A DNA stretch of 64,000 nt, taken from the NCBI RefSeq assembly GCF_964204645.1, contig NC_134029.1, positions 15,804,950-15,868,949 of the forward strand, given 5' to 3'. The position numbers and the translations under genes were made by a program. The stretch is from Tubulanus polymorphus. Taxonomy: Eukaryota; Animalia; Nemertea. This document shows positions 53,100 through 63,691 of the stretch, in pieces. Each line of letters opens with the position of its first letter. Position 1 is the first letter of the stretch. Below the pieces are notes generated by a model, which was not told where the DNA came from, made no database searches, and worked only from the letters and a program-made list of their open reading frames with translations.

Positions 53100-53470
53100 A
53101 TTTGTATACCCCAATACATGATACCCTAATACCTGATACCCTATTAGATACCCTAATACCTGATACCCTATTAGATACCTTAAATACTTAAAACCCCCTT
53201 TTTTTAAATAAATATTTTTTATACAATTTTCAACCAATTTATTTTTGTTTTTTCAACTAATATATGAATAAGTTTGAAAATAATAAAGGTTATTTATTAT
53301 TACTGAGGTTTCAATTTCCATATGAATATCAGTTTATAAAATAAGATATTTTATGTATTAGATTGTATTAGATATGTATTAGATATGTATTAGATACCTT
53401 AAATACCTTAAATACTTAAAACCCCCTTTTTTATTTACTATTATTTTATACAATTTTCAACCAATATTAT
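53100..53470. terminator. Convergent intergenic zone with short repeats and a ~240-bp imperfect duplication; putative bidirectional termination region
   Basis: GATACCCTAATACC and GTATTAGATA repeats; TAAATACTTAAAACCCCCTTTTTT occurs twice; homolog at 2680-2720. Confidence 0.4.
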
Positions 53471-53602
53471 TATTTGTGTTAAATATAATTAATATTTTAA
53501 TCACTTTCACTATCAGACCCTAACAATTTATTCAAATTCTCTACCGTATCATCGTCAATAGTTGTTTTATTTTTATACTTTTTCGTCCTTTCTACCGCAT
53601 CA

Positions 53603-54359
53603 TCAATAGTTTCTTCTTTCTTCTTTATGTTTCATAGAATCTTTATTATCTATATCTGTAACTATATCACCATGTGGGTGCCGTATGGCACCATTTTCAT
53701 TATTATCTTTATTAGTGTTTGCTCCTAATATTTCATTTACAGTGTTTGGTTTTAATATTTCATTAGCATCGGTTAGATCTAATTCATCTTTATTAGGTGT
53801 TGCTAATAATAAATCTTCATATATTTTTTCACCATTTACTTTTTGATTTGAAACAAACTTTGTAACATATCTAAATGGGTGTTCTATAAATTCTTTTAAA
53901 CCAACACGTTCTATAACATTATTTATATGTACCCTTGTATTCATATGTTTATTCCAATTTGATGTAGCGTTTGAAAATTCACTTTTACAATATCCACAAT
54001 AATTTCTATTTTCACTCATATTTAATTTTATTTCATTATTAGATGTAGAAGGTATTACATTATTAGATGTAGAAGGTATTACATTATTAGATGTAGAAGG
54101 TATTACATTATTACATGTAGAAGGTATTACATTATTACATGTAGAAGGTATTACATTATTAGATGTAGATGGTATTACATTACTTATTATCAACAACACC
54201 ACTTTTATTATTATCGATTTCTATTAGTTTAGTTTTATAAATTTTGAAAATAGGATCAAATATCAAAGCTATATTACAAGGTATTACATAATATAAACCA
54301 TCATTATTTTCATGTGTATCGATGTATGGAATATGTTTATATACTTTACCTCCTTCCAT
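53603..54359 (-). pseudogene. Accessory protein with 8-aa repeats and a C2H2 finger; frameshift near 54185
   Basis: Start MEGGKVYKH at 54359; six 24-bp repeats (NNVIPSTS/C, about 54036-54185); CGYCKSEFSNATSNWNKHMNTRVH. Confidence 0.6.
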
Positions 54360-54391
54360 TTATTATATAAATTTTTACTAAAGTTAAAATT

Positions 54392-55629
54392 TTAATACAT
54401 AACACTATTCAATTGAGAATTTACAATATTTAATTGCGCGTCAGATATAATATAAATATGCATTTTAAAATTTTTGATTCATTTATTCTTTGTCATGAAT
54501 AATTGTATTCCATCCTTTGTATTTTGTAATTTTTTTCCAGAACCATGTAATGAATTATCCTCTGTTGTTCTAAAATCTAACCATAATGCATATTTATTAC
54601 CGGTATAATAATCAATTTGATTAATATTACAATTTTCAGATGATTTCACTTTTTCATTCATAAAATGTTTTCTAATTTCTGGCCATTGATCTATCATTCT
54701 CATTCCTTGACAAAATATTTTATTTGCTATTCCTTCGATAGTTATTTCTACTTTTGTTATTTCAGGATTATAATAATTATCAACATTTATTGCGCCATTA
54801 GAATATGTTGCAATGGTAAAAAATATTAATATACCTTTAATAGATCTTCTTGGGAAGTTAATATTCTCATTAATAATTTCATCATTTGCATTAATAGTTA
54901 CAGTTTTAAATTTATCAATATAATCATATAATAATGAAAATCCTTGATTGTATTTAGTTTGAATTATACTTGAAATATTTTCATCAGTTACTGTATCATA
55001 TTCTAAACATATATTCGATAATTTATAACTCATATCTTTATTAACGCTAGATAATACAATTTAATTAACAGAAGCAAATGTTATTTCGAATATAACGTCT
55101 TCTTGAATTGCGTATTTATATAAAGGCGCATTATTATTTATCAATTCAAAGTCTAATGGAATTTTATATTTGCTTCCATATATACTTTTTATCAATTTAT
55201 CTACAGCATTAGTTAATATTGCATTATGTGCTTCTGATCTTAATTTATTTTGGTTTTCTGATTGGATTCCTTGAAATATCATATTATTTCTATTTTCTTT
55301 AATTAACCATAAATCTTTATAATGCATAAATAAATTATAATCATCTAATGAGAAAACTGTTTCTGGGCCAATCTTTATTGTTAATTTTCTAATCAAATAT
55401 CTTCCAACATTATCAACAACATAATTATTATTATTACCGATTACTTTTATATCGGCCGATAAATAAATACTATTTGGAACGTAAAAAGTATTTTGTGTTA
55501 ATCTCGGAATTCTAACATATAAAGTTTCATCGGGATTAATATTAGAAGGCTTATATGATGTGATCTCTCTGCTTTAATAGCATTAGATATTCTATGATTC
55601 TTAGAAGGATATATATAACTCCCACTCAT
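54392..55629 (-). pseudogene. Putative double jelly-roll major capsid protein (~410 aa), broken by a stop and frameshifts
   Basis: Joined frames: MSGSY..., PSNINPDETLYVRIPRL..YVPNSIYL..VVDNVGRYLIRKLTIK, YKDLWL, YKIPLDF, NINFPRRSIKGIL, YNPEITKVEITIEG, ALWLDFRT..LHGSG, ISDAQLNI. Size and beta-rich pattern fit Polinton MCPs. Confidence 0.75.
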
Positions 55630-55649
55630 TTATTTAACAAAAAAATTAA

Positions 55650-57100
55650 TCATTTATTTTTAATCATGTTTACTAGCCCAAAAATAATAGCACTTACAAC
55701 TGTAATTAAAAATAAAATAATATGTTCAGCAGCAAAGTTAATAATGTTTCCTGCAGATTTCAATATAAAACCAACAATTGATGCAATAACTCCTGGTAAT
55801 GCTGCAGCAGATTTCTTTGATAGTTCCCATAAATATTTTGCTAATTTCTTTAAACCAACTTTAACTTTATCTTGTATAGAATTATTACCTGGGGGTTTAT
55901 CCGGTTTATTGGGAGTAGGAGTAGATTTCAAAGCATTTGATATAGCTACCCTATTGTTGTAAATACCATAGTTACTGCTGTTAGAATTGAAAGAATTGTG
56001 ATTCCTTCAAACTTAAATAATAATTTTATTCTATCTTTCAATGATATTTCAGAATTTGGTTTAATTATTAAATCTTTAACAACAACTTTTAATCTATTAA
56101 TACAATAATCATATGATTTTTTTAATAATTTAATTTCTTCTTTCTGAAATTCTATGTTATATTCTAAATCATCAATTTCTTTTTCTAAATATGCATTTCT
56201 TTTTTAAAATTCAATTTCTTCAATAACTTTATTATCTCTATCTAATTTTAGTTGTTCCGATTCTTTTCTTGATTTAAATAATTCATCTTCTAAAGTTCTA
56301 ATTTTTAAATCTCTTATACTTTTATCATGCGCAATTTTATCAGCTTCATTTCTTATACTAATAATTTCTCTTATTGCTTTATCAGAAAGTATATTATTTA
56401 AATCTTCTAATTGTTGATCTGTTGCATCAAGTAATCCATTCGGTAAAAGTTTTTCAATTGGAACTCCTTTTGAATTAGGTTTACTAGTTTTGGAAGTTAT
56501 ATTCTGTTCAGAAGTTGTTTCTGTTTCTAAATTATTATCGATTGTTTCAAATAATTCATTAATTCTTTGTTTAAATACTCTTTCATTTTTAATAATTTCT
56601 TCTTGTGTTACATCTTCTATTTCATTACTATTTCTTATTCTTTTAATTCTAGATAGGTCTAACTTAAGCAAAGTTGATTCTGCTAATATTTTGTTTTGTT
56701 TTTTATAAGAGATATCAATATAATAATCATCTTTCAAATGATAATAATATTCACCATCTAAAGATTTTAATTCTTGTACTAAAAGTCTGGCGCCTCCGGC
56801 ATTTATATTATATCCAGATTTTTCAAATATAGGTTTGAAATTATAAATATATTCATTATATTCTAAATTTTGTTTTACTAAATCTGGATTTTCATTTTCA
56901 GGATTTATTCTCGATCTAGTTCTTCTATCAAATTCATCTGTTGATTGGCCTTTAGAACCACTATCTGCTTAATTAGAATTATATGCTGATTCATTACCAT
57001 CATCAATATTAGTTTCTGCATCATTAGAATCATCATCAATATATCCCTCATTATTATTTCCCATGCCTTCCATTTCATAATCTTCTCCACCTTCTGCCAT
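55650..57100 (-). pseudogene. ~480-aa protein with acidic N-terminus, coiled coil and C-terminal hydrophobic/amphipathic helices (putative membrane-active virion protein)
   Basis: Start MAEGGEDYEMEG at 57100; pieces 56204..56737 and 55650..55931 joined through stops/frameshifts; C-terminus AAALPGVIASIVGFILKSAG..HIILFLITVVSAIIFGLV. Confidence 0.7.
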
Positions 57101-57115
57101 TTACATAATAACAAA

Positions 57116-58412
57116 TTAAAATTTAAAATATAATATTCCTCCGATTACAATTCCTATACAAGTTAAAGCTAATTTAGTATTTTCATGGGATTTATTATCA
57201 TCATTTAGTTTAATTATTTCATGTTGAATATTATCAGTTCTAATATTTTCTGATGTATTATAATCCGGTTTAGAATCATTATTTAATTTAATATTATTAG
57301 TTTTAGTTTCTGTTGATTGAATGTGTTTTTCATTTTTTTCACCTTCCATTAATTTTGGAGCAGTAATTGTCTTTGTATTTATAATATTTAATCCAAATGA
57401 ATTATTTATTGTTGCAGTTTTAATTAGATTATTATAACCAATTATATTTCCCATCTTTAATACTAAATCATTAGAAATAATAAATAGATTAGGGCCTATA
57501 CAATAATTTAATCTAATATGTGATTTATCTAAATAATTTTGATATCTTACAATGTTTTCCGGAATCGATCTATTTTTATCATTATGAATGGAATCTTCAA
57601 ATAATACTTTAAACTGTTTCTGCGCATCGAATGAAGTGTTATCATTTCCAATTATTGGGGATCTTGTTTCAACTTGCGCACCTAAAATACATATCAAATA
57701 AGTTGTAATAGATTGATTTATTCTTTGTATACCTGATTTTGTAAAACCTTCACCATTTTCTAAAATGAAATTAACCCAACCATTATTATTATCAATTTTA
57801 TGATTATGATAAGCTCCAATTCTATGCATATAATCAATTCTTTTTATTTCATACTCTTCACCAACACCTTGCAATTTACCATGCGCTCTAAAATCGGAAT
57901 TAATATTTATATTAAATTCATTACATATTTTATAAAACTTAGATAGATTAATATTATTATCCAATTCTTTAAAATATTTAGACCCAGGTAAAGGACATTC
58001 TTATTCATTTAATATTATTCTGATTTGAAAATATGTGTGAAATCTAAATATTGTGTGAATTAATTTTAAATCAGAATACTTCAAATTTTTATCTAAGTTA
58101 TTTAAATGATCATTCCAACTTATTCCACATCCTGTTGTTGCACAATAAACAGCAAAATTTAATTGATTCTGCCAATATTTCATATTAGATTTTACTTTAT
58201 ATATATGATATTCATCTCGAGTAAAAGTAACTTCATATGTATTAAATATATTTTCCATTTTAGAAATAAAAAATTGATTCAGTAACATAAATTTCTAAAT
58301 TAGTTAATGAATTTAAAACTACATTTCTATATGTAATATTTTTCTTAAAATCTATTGCAGGAATATTATATTTAATTGATTTATTATATTGGAAAGCTTT
58401 TGGAAACCCCAT
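57116..58412 (-). pseudogene. ~430-aa uncharacterised Polinton protein with C-terminal TM anchor
   Basis: Start MGFPKAFQYN; WQNQLNFAVYCATTGCG; stop at about 58001, then in-frame ECPLPG into 57116..57964; C-terminus ALTCIGIVIGGILYFKF. Confidence 0.7.
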
Positions 58413-58428
58413 TTATATAATTAAAGAA

Positions 58429-58863
58429 TTAATAATTAACTAATTCTTTTAATAATTTATCTTGTTCTTCAACTGTTATATGACCATTTAAACTTATTAT
58501 ATGATCTAGTGTATTCTTTAATTTATTAATTTCTTTTATATTAGTTTTAATTTTTTCTTTATTACTTTTTATATTTAATTTTGAACTTATACCAGTTAAT
58601 ACACTTGAACTTAATCCTAATACGCCAATTGATATAGCTAAAGGTGTTAATGGACTGAATATTGCTAGAAATGTTATTACAGAACTAATTGTAACCGAAC
58701 CACTTATAATCAAATAATATATAATTTTACATTTTAAATATTTTTTCTTTTTTATCTTTAAGTCACTTTCAAATTCTAATATTTGTTTTTCTAAATATGT
58801 TTTTAATTTAGTTTTATTTATATCATGAGGAATAATATCAATATTATCAACTTTATCTTCCAT
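58429..58863 (-). CDS. Two-TM coiled-coil protein (144 aa)
   Basis: Intact ORF with two adjacent hydrophobic helices flanked by lysine-rich coiled segments. Confidence 0.8.
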   Translation of the reverse strand: MEDKVDNIDIIPHDINKTKLKTYLEKQILEFESDLKIKKKKYLKCKIIYYLIISGSVTISSVITFLAIFSPLTPLAISIGVLGLSSSVLTGISSKLNIKSNKEKIKTNIKEINKLKNTLDHIISLNGHITVEEQDKLLKELVNY

Positions 58864-58883
58864 TTATTTAGCAAAAAAAATTA

Positions 58884-59306
58884 CTAATTAGTAAACTTAT
58901 AAGCAACAAATATAACAATAACAGTTCCGCCTAAAATCCATATTATTTCATATTTCTGTTGTTCTTTACTCGGGGTATAATAATCTGATAATTTAGGTTT
59001 GTATAGATGTAATTTTTCTTTATTGGTTACCGCGTTATATAAACTCATTGCATCATCAACTGATTGAAAATCTCTATGTGAAATCTTCTGATCATATAAT
59101 TCCTTGTTAATATAATCCAAATAGTTTTGTCGTTTTTCTCTGTATTCTTCTGCTGCTTTATTGTATTTCTCTAATGCTAAGTTATGTCTTCTTTGTTCTC
59201 CTAATGAACTATTTTTATCAATATGCTTAAATAAATAACCACCACCAGTAAATGCTAAAGCGTTAACAATTGCCGATCCTATAATAGTTATAATTGCAGA
59301 AGCCAT
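58884..59306 (-). CDS. Membrane protein (140 aa) with N- and C-terminal hydrophobic helices
   Basis: MASAIITIIGSAIVNALAFTGGGYLF...EQRRHNLALEKY...IIWILGGTVIVIFVAYKF. Confidence 0.8.
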   Translation of the reverse strand: MASAIITIIGSAIVNALAFTGGGYLFKHIDKNSSLGEQRRHNLALEKYNKAAEEYREKRQNYLDYINKELYDQKISHRDFQSVDDAMSLYNAVTNKEKLHLYKPKLSDYYTPSKEQQKYEIIWILGGTVIVIFVAYKFTN

Positions 59307-59330
59307 TTATTTAGCAAAATAATTACGCAT

Positions 59331-59552
59331 TTATATGGGAGGAATATATTTTTGTTTTTCTAAATAATCAATAGTTAAATTAGATAAAGTAACTGCTAAC
59401 GTTAATTTTAAAATATCATTTATATCAAATCTATCAACATTAACACTTCCCATTTTAAATACTTTTTTTAATACCATTGAATAACCAACCGTTCCAACTG
59501 ATAGTAATGCTCCATTATATAATCCAGTTATTATCCACTTATTATCACTCAT
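59331..59552 (-). CDS. Small hydrophobic protein (73 aa)
   Basis: Intact ORF with the shared upstream motif AATTTTTTTGATAAATAAATG. Confidence 0.72.
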   Translation of the reverse strand: MSDNKWIITGLYNGALLSVGTVGYSMVLKKVFKMGSVNVDRFDINDILKLTLAVTLSNLTIDYLEKQKYIPPI

Positions 59553-59687
59553 TTATTTATCAAAAAAATTACTATCTTCAAAATATTTAGTTATCTTATT
59601 TATGATTAATTCAACATTTATTTCATTACTAGTTTCATTTGTATATATTTCAATTATTATTTTTTTAATATCATCGATGATAAAATC

Positions 59688-59909
59688 TTAATCTAATTCA
59701 TAAAATCTTAAAGATTCTCTAATTAAATTAGTAATCTTTTCGACATTTAAAGTTTCTTTATCTATTGTTGTTTCATACTCAAATGTTGTTTCATTAGAAA
59801 ATGTAATATTTTTAATATGTGTAATTACATCATTAACGTTAAATTTCATTTCTTTCTCGCGTTTAAAATCAAACCCAAAACATATACTCGGTCCAACAGT
59901 TATATTCAT
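59688..59909 (-). CDS. Small hypothetical protein (73 aa)
   Basis: Intact ORF with upstream AATTTTTTCACTATATAAATG. Confidence 0.55.
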   Translation of the reverse strand: MNITVGPSICFGFDFKREKEMKFNVNDVITHIKNITFSNETTFEYETTIDKETLNVEKITNLIRESLRFYELD

Positions 59910-60272
59910 TTATATAGTGAAAAAATTAGTACTATCAATTTTATGAAATTTAATTTCAAATACAGAAGTGCCCCCGATTTTCAACCGAGCTCTTCTATTA
60001 ATTTCCTGCGCTAATGATTCTAAATTATATAATCCTGGTTTTAAAAATATGTGAAACCATTTATCTTTATTTCTCATATAAATCATAAACCCTCTATGTT
60101 CAAAAGTTTTATCTGATATATTATAAAAAGAATTACATAAACTTATATTTACTAATTTTAAATCTACACAATTCTTAAATTCTCTATCTAATTGTACTAA
60201 TAAATTATGAGATTTATAATTAGTAAGTTTTCTTGAATCAACAAATATTCTGTATTCTTTTAATTCCACCAT
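59910..60272 (-). CDS. Penton/minor capsid-like N-terminal domain (120 aa), short or truncated
   Basis: IFVDSR...LLVQLDREFKNCVDLKLVNISLCNSFYNIS...LKPGLYN resembles the start of single jelly-roll minor capsid proteins. Confidence 0.55.
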   Translation of the reverse strand: MVELKEYRIFVDSRKLTNYKSHNLLVQLDREFKNCVDLKLVNISLCNSFYNISDKTFEHRGFMIYMRNKDKWFHIFLKPGLYNLESLAQEINRRARLKIGGTSVFEIKFHKIDSTNFFTI

Positions 60273-60289
60273 TTATTTTACATATTTTC

Positions 60290-60643
60290 TTATTCGAAAT
60301 CTATTTCATGGTGCCCCTTTTCATTCTTACCTGTGTATACGAAATAGAAATCTCCAGAACATAATTCTTCTAAGTCTTCACTTGATAATCTATGAAATCT
60401 ATCTGGTAAATATGTTCTGAATTTATACGTATTTCCTTTTAATCCTTCATATTCTAAGTGTATAACTAATTTATCTCCATAGTTATTAGTAACTGTATCA
60501 ATATTTGTAATTAGATATTTCTTATGAATTATTAATTCTGTTAACTTTTTGAATTTATAATCTACAGATTTTACATTTGTTATATCTTTAATTCTATCTA
60601 GAAATAATTTGTTGTTCTCACTATGCGCTTGTTTACTCTCCAT
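60290..60643 (-). CDS. Conserved small Polinton protein (117 aa), possible SSB
   Basis: Homolog of 497..838, immediately downstream of PolB. Confidence 0.78.
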   Translation of the reverse strand: MESKQAHSENNKLFLDRIKDITNVKSVDYKFKKLTELIIHKKYLITNIDTVTNNYGDKLVIHLEYEGLKGNTYKFRTYLPDRFHRLSSEDLEELCSGDFYFVYTGKNEKGHHEIDFE

Positions 60644-60739
60644 TTATAATACATATTTTTATTAAAATTTGATTAACACGTTAGAATTCTTTTCATTATC
60701 TCATTCTCTTTTGTTTCTTCTCTTTTAAATTTTAAGTAT

Positions 60740-63691
60740 TCATCTAGTTACAGTTTTATGTTCTGGACAGTATGCTAGATTTCTAGATTTAAATTTAATA
60801 TGTTCAGGATATTCTAAATCTACAACAAAGAAGTAACCAGTATCTGAATCATCTGCAATATCTAGAATTCTTTTCTTCCAATCAAATTTATCATTATTTT
60901 CATTCTGTAAAACTTCACTTATTTCAAATACTCCATAAGGTTGTGGTTCCATCATTGCCCAACCATACAAATTATTTGCATCTATATATAATAACTTATA
61001 TCCAGGGTTATCATTTACATTGAAATATCTATCACCTAATACACCTGAAACTCCTCCTCTTATAGATTTTTCAAATAATAATAATTGATCTATATTTGTT
61101 AACAAATCCATTTTTATATCTGTAAATTTTAATCCACAATCCCATTTTAAACCTGGACTAGAATAACAATGACATGGATCAATGTTAAAATATTTTAGGT
61201 TTACATCTCTAAACCTTTCGAATATATCGGTTAATAATAATACATCTGATTTTAGATATAAATCTACTAATTGTCCATGATTTTTCATTCTAAAATGATT
61301 CCAAATATTCAATGTTCTATTATATACTTCATCTTTAACATATTCATTTTTTAATTCATCATAGAATTGTTCTTTTAATAATTCAGTTATATTAAAATCA
61401 TTATGTGATTTATAAAATGAATATGGAATTGCGCCTGTATATCTCATTAATTGAAAATCATCATTATTTGGGTAGTGTTGCTTTAATATTTTTAATTCAT
61501 CATCAACTAATGATTTTGATAAGTTATCTAATGAACTATTTAAAAATCTATATGAATCTATAAATCTTAGGCAACCAAATTGGAATGATATATAATTCTC
61601 AGAAGTTTTAGCTAACATTCTAAATTTATAAGTTGGTATTTTATCTTTTGATCTATTTGAATTTAATCTTTCTATTTCATTATTGATTTCTTCTATTTTA
61701 TGGCATAACTGTTTGATGAATAAATGTGCATCATATCCTGATAGATTATGAAATATAACTGGTACAAAGTTAATTTTCTTAGCTTGTAAGTTACAATTCT
61801 CATGCGCAGCACCTTTAAACTTTCCATTCAAATGATCATGGTCTCTTACTTTTTTATCTTTATAATTAAATATCTGTTCACAATAATAACATTTATCTGC
61901 AAACGCAAATTCTTCTTTATCTTCTTCTGTCATTATAATTTGTATATTTGTATTCAATAATTTACTAAATCTTATTTCATATTCAATTAATAAGTCACAA
62001 AAATGATTGATAACATTTTCATTTCTATAATGATAATATTCACTTTCAATTAGTTCTGGATAATCAGATTTAATATATAAACCGAAAGCAGCAGCTGATT
62101 GATGAATCTTTTTAATAGTATTTGTTATTGGCGGTTCATCTGAAAAATCATTTTCATTAGAATTTAATTTCTTTCTTTTATAATATATTTCTTTTCTATC
62201 GTGATCAGTTAGTTCCTTATTTAATGATTCAAAATCTCCATATATAACAAATGGAACTTTATTTTTGTAATCATATTTTTTGAATTCTAATATTTTATCT
62301 TTTTCATTTGGTAAAACTAATTTACAATAATCATGATTTTCACATAATTGTTTATGATTTAATAATGTACTTTCATTACTGAATTTATGTAAACATTTTC
62401 TACATAGATATATTTTATTATGGTGATCACTTTCTGTTCTAAAGAATAAATCTATTTGTTTAATCCACATATAATGATTCTCATAATATAATATATCTAT
62501 AACATCGTTTGAATCATAATCTTTTGATAGGTATAAAGGTTCTAATGTATAATGTTTTATATTGTTACCTTTTGTATTTGGTAATTTGATTAAATCAAAT
62601 ACATTTATCTTTATATTATTATCTCTTTCTATTTTTGGGATGTTTTTAATTATAACAGGATACTTATCTATCTTATAATTATTTTCAAATTGTTTATAAT
62701 TTGTTAATCTATAAGTATGTTTATTATAGTCTTCAACTGGGTGTAAAGAACTTATTATAGCCCATAGAAAACATTTATCATCTTCATTTTGTACATTTAT
62801 TACAGCATTAGTTTTAAATGGTAGTTTAATATAACTTGATGCTTCAATATCTGGTTCTTTATAATATGATACATTATTTTCATCAATTGGTTTTGATTTA
62901 GTTAACTTATTATATTTTGTGTTATAAACATGTAAAGTCATAAATATTATCTCATCAAATATTAAACCAGACCCTTCAAAATATTTCTCTTCTATTTTAG
63001 TTTTTACATCATTATAACATTTATCTAATTTATCATCTATATGTTGTTTATATATAATATGTTGTGAATGAGAATTTATATTATATATTGGTTCATCTTC
63101 AGATTTTATGAATTTAACTTTAGAAAATATACTTATTTTAGGATATTCAACATCAGTTATTATTTTTATTATTTCTTTCATATTTTCTAAATGTTTTTTA
63201 TTTTCTTCTAATGTTTTTCCTTTATGAAATTTAAACTCAATAGCTGCTGGACCAATATCACTTTTAAATGCTTCGGTTATCTCTATATCTTTTTTATTAT
63301 CTAATGAATTAATATATTTTCTTACATCTTCCATGTATGGTCTTTTATTGTTTAATTTATTTGTTATGCTTTTAATTGTCTTCTCTTTCTTATCATTATC
63401 TTTATCGAAATAATCTTCACCTAAAATATCATTATTCTTATTTCTAATATGACTTTTAGATTTTAAATGTTCTTTATAATATCTTTTATCACTGAATGAT
63501 TGATTACATGTATCACATTTATATATTTCTTTTTCATTCTTTAATTCATCTAATTTAGTTTCTAATATATCATCTTTATATTCTAGTTTCAATTTATTCT
63601 CTAAATGTGTTTTAGTTTTATTGTGTCTTGCTTTTTGGGATTTATCTATATTGATATTACATGTTGGGCAGTAGTACTTATTCGCTTCCAT
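60740..63691 (-). CDS. polB: Protein-primed PolB (983 aa), internally deleted so that motifs B and C are lost
   Basis: Two zinc fingers, OTU-like NEDDKCFLWAI..NHY, ExoI VIYGDFES, EndoVII-like insert, ExoII HNLSGYD, ExoIII YLKSDV, motif A YIDANNLYG. After HKTVT it jumps to the C-terminal YLKFKREETKE (60674-60745, out of frame). Confidence 0.93.
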   Translation of the reverse strand: MEANKYYCPTCNINIDKSQKARHNKTKTHLENKLKLEYKDDILETKLDELKNEKEIYKCDTCNQSFSDKRYYKEHLKSKSHIRNKNNDILGEDYFDKDNDKKEKTIKSITNKLNNKRPYMEDVRKYINSLDNKKDIEITEAFKSDIGPAAIEFKFHKGKTLEENKKHLENMKEIIKIITDVEYPKISIFSKVKFIKSEDEPIYNINSHSQHIIYKQHIDDKLDKCYNDVKTKIEEKYFEGSGLIFDEIIFMTLHVYNTKYNKLTKSKPIDENNVSYYKEPDIEASSYIKLPFKTNAVINVQNEDDKCFLWAIISSLHPVEDYNKHTYRLTNYKQFENNYKIDKYPVIIKNIPKIERDNNIKINVFDLIKLPNTKGNNIKHYTLEPLYLSKDYDSNDVIDILYYENHYMWIKQIDLFFRTESDHHNKIYLCRKCLHKFSNESTLLNHKQLCENHDYCKLVLPNEKDKILEFKKYDYKNKVPFVIYGDFESLNKELTDHDRKEIYYKRKKLNSNENDFSDEPPITNTIKKIHQSAAAFGLYIKSDYPELIESEYYHYRNENVINHFCDLLIEYEIRFSKLLNTNIQIIMTEEDKEEFAFADKCYYCEQIFNYKDKKVRDHDHLNGKFKGAAHENCNLQAKKINFVPVIFHNLSGYDAHLFIKQLCHKIEEINNEIERLNSNRSKDKIPTYKFRMLAKTSENYISFQFGCLRFIDSYRFLNSSLDNLSKSLVDDELKILKQHYPNNDDFQLMRYTGAIPYSFYKSHNDFNITELLKEQFYDELKNEYVKDEVYNRTLNIWNHFRMKNHGQLVDLYLKSDVLLLTDIFERFRDVNLKYFNIDPCHCYSSPGLKWDCGLKFTDIKMDLLTNIDQLLLFEKSIRGGVSGVLGDRYFNVNDNPGYKLLYIDANNLYGWAMMEPQPYGVFEISEVLQNENNDKFDWKKRILDIADDSDTGYFFVVDLEYPEHIKFKSRNLAYCPEHKTVTR

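Noticed and set aside
55594-56708. Plus-strand ORFs 55594..55962 and 56490..56708 (also 3797..3982, 48709..48993, 52983..53237, 59817..60014)
   Set aside because: Antisense shadows of genuine element genes or repeats.
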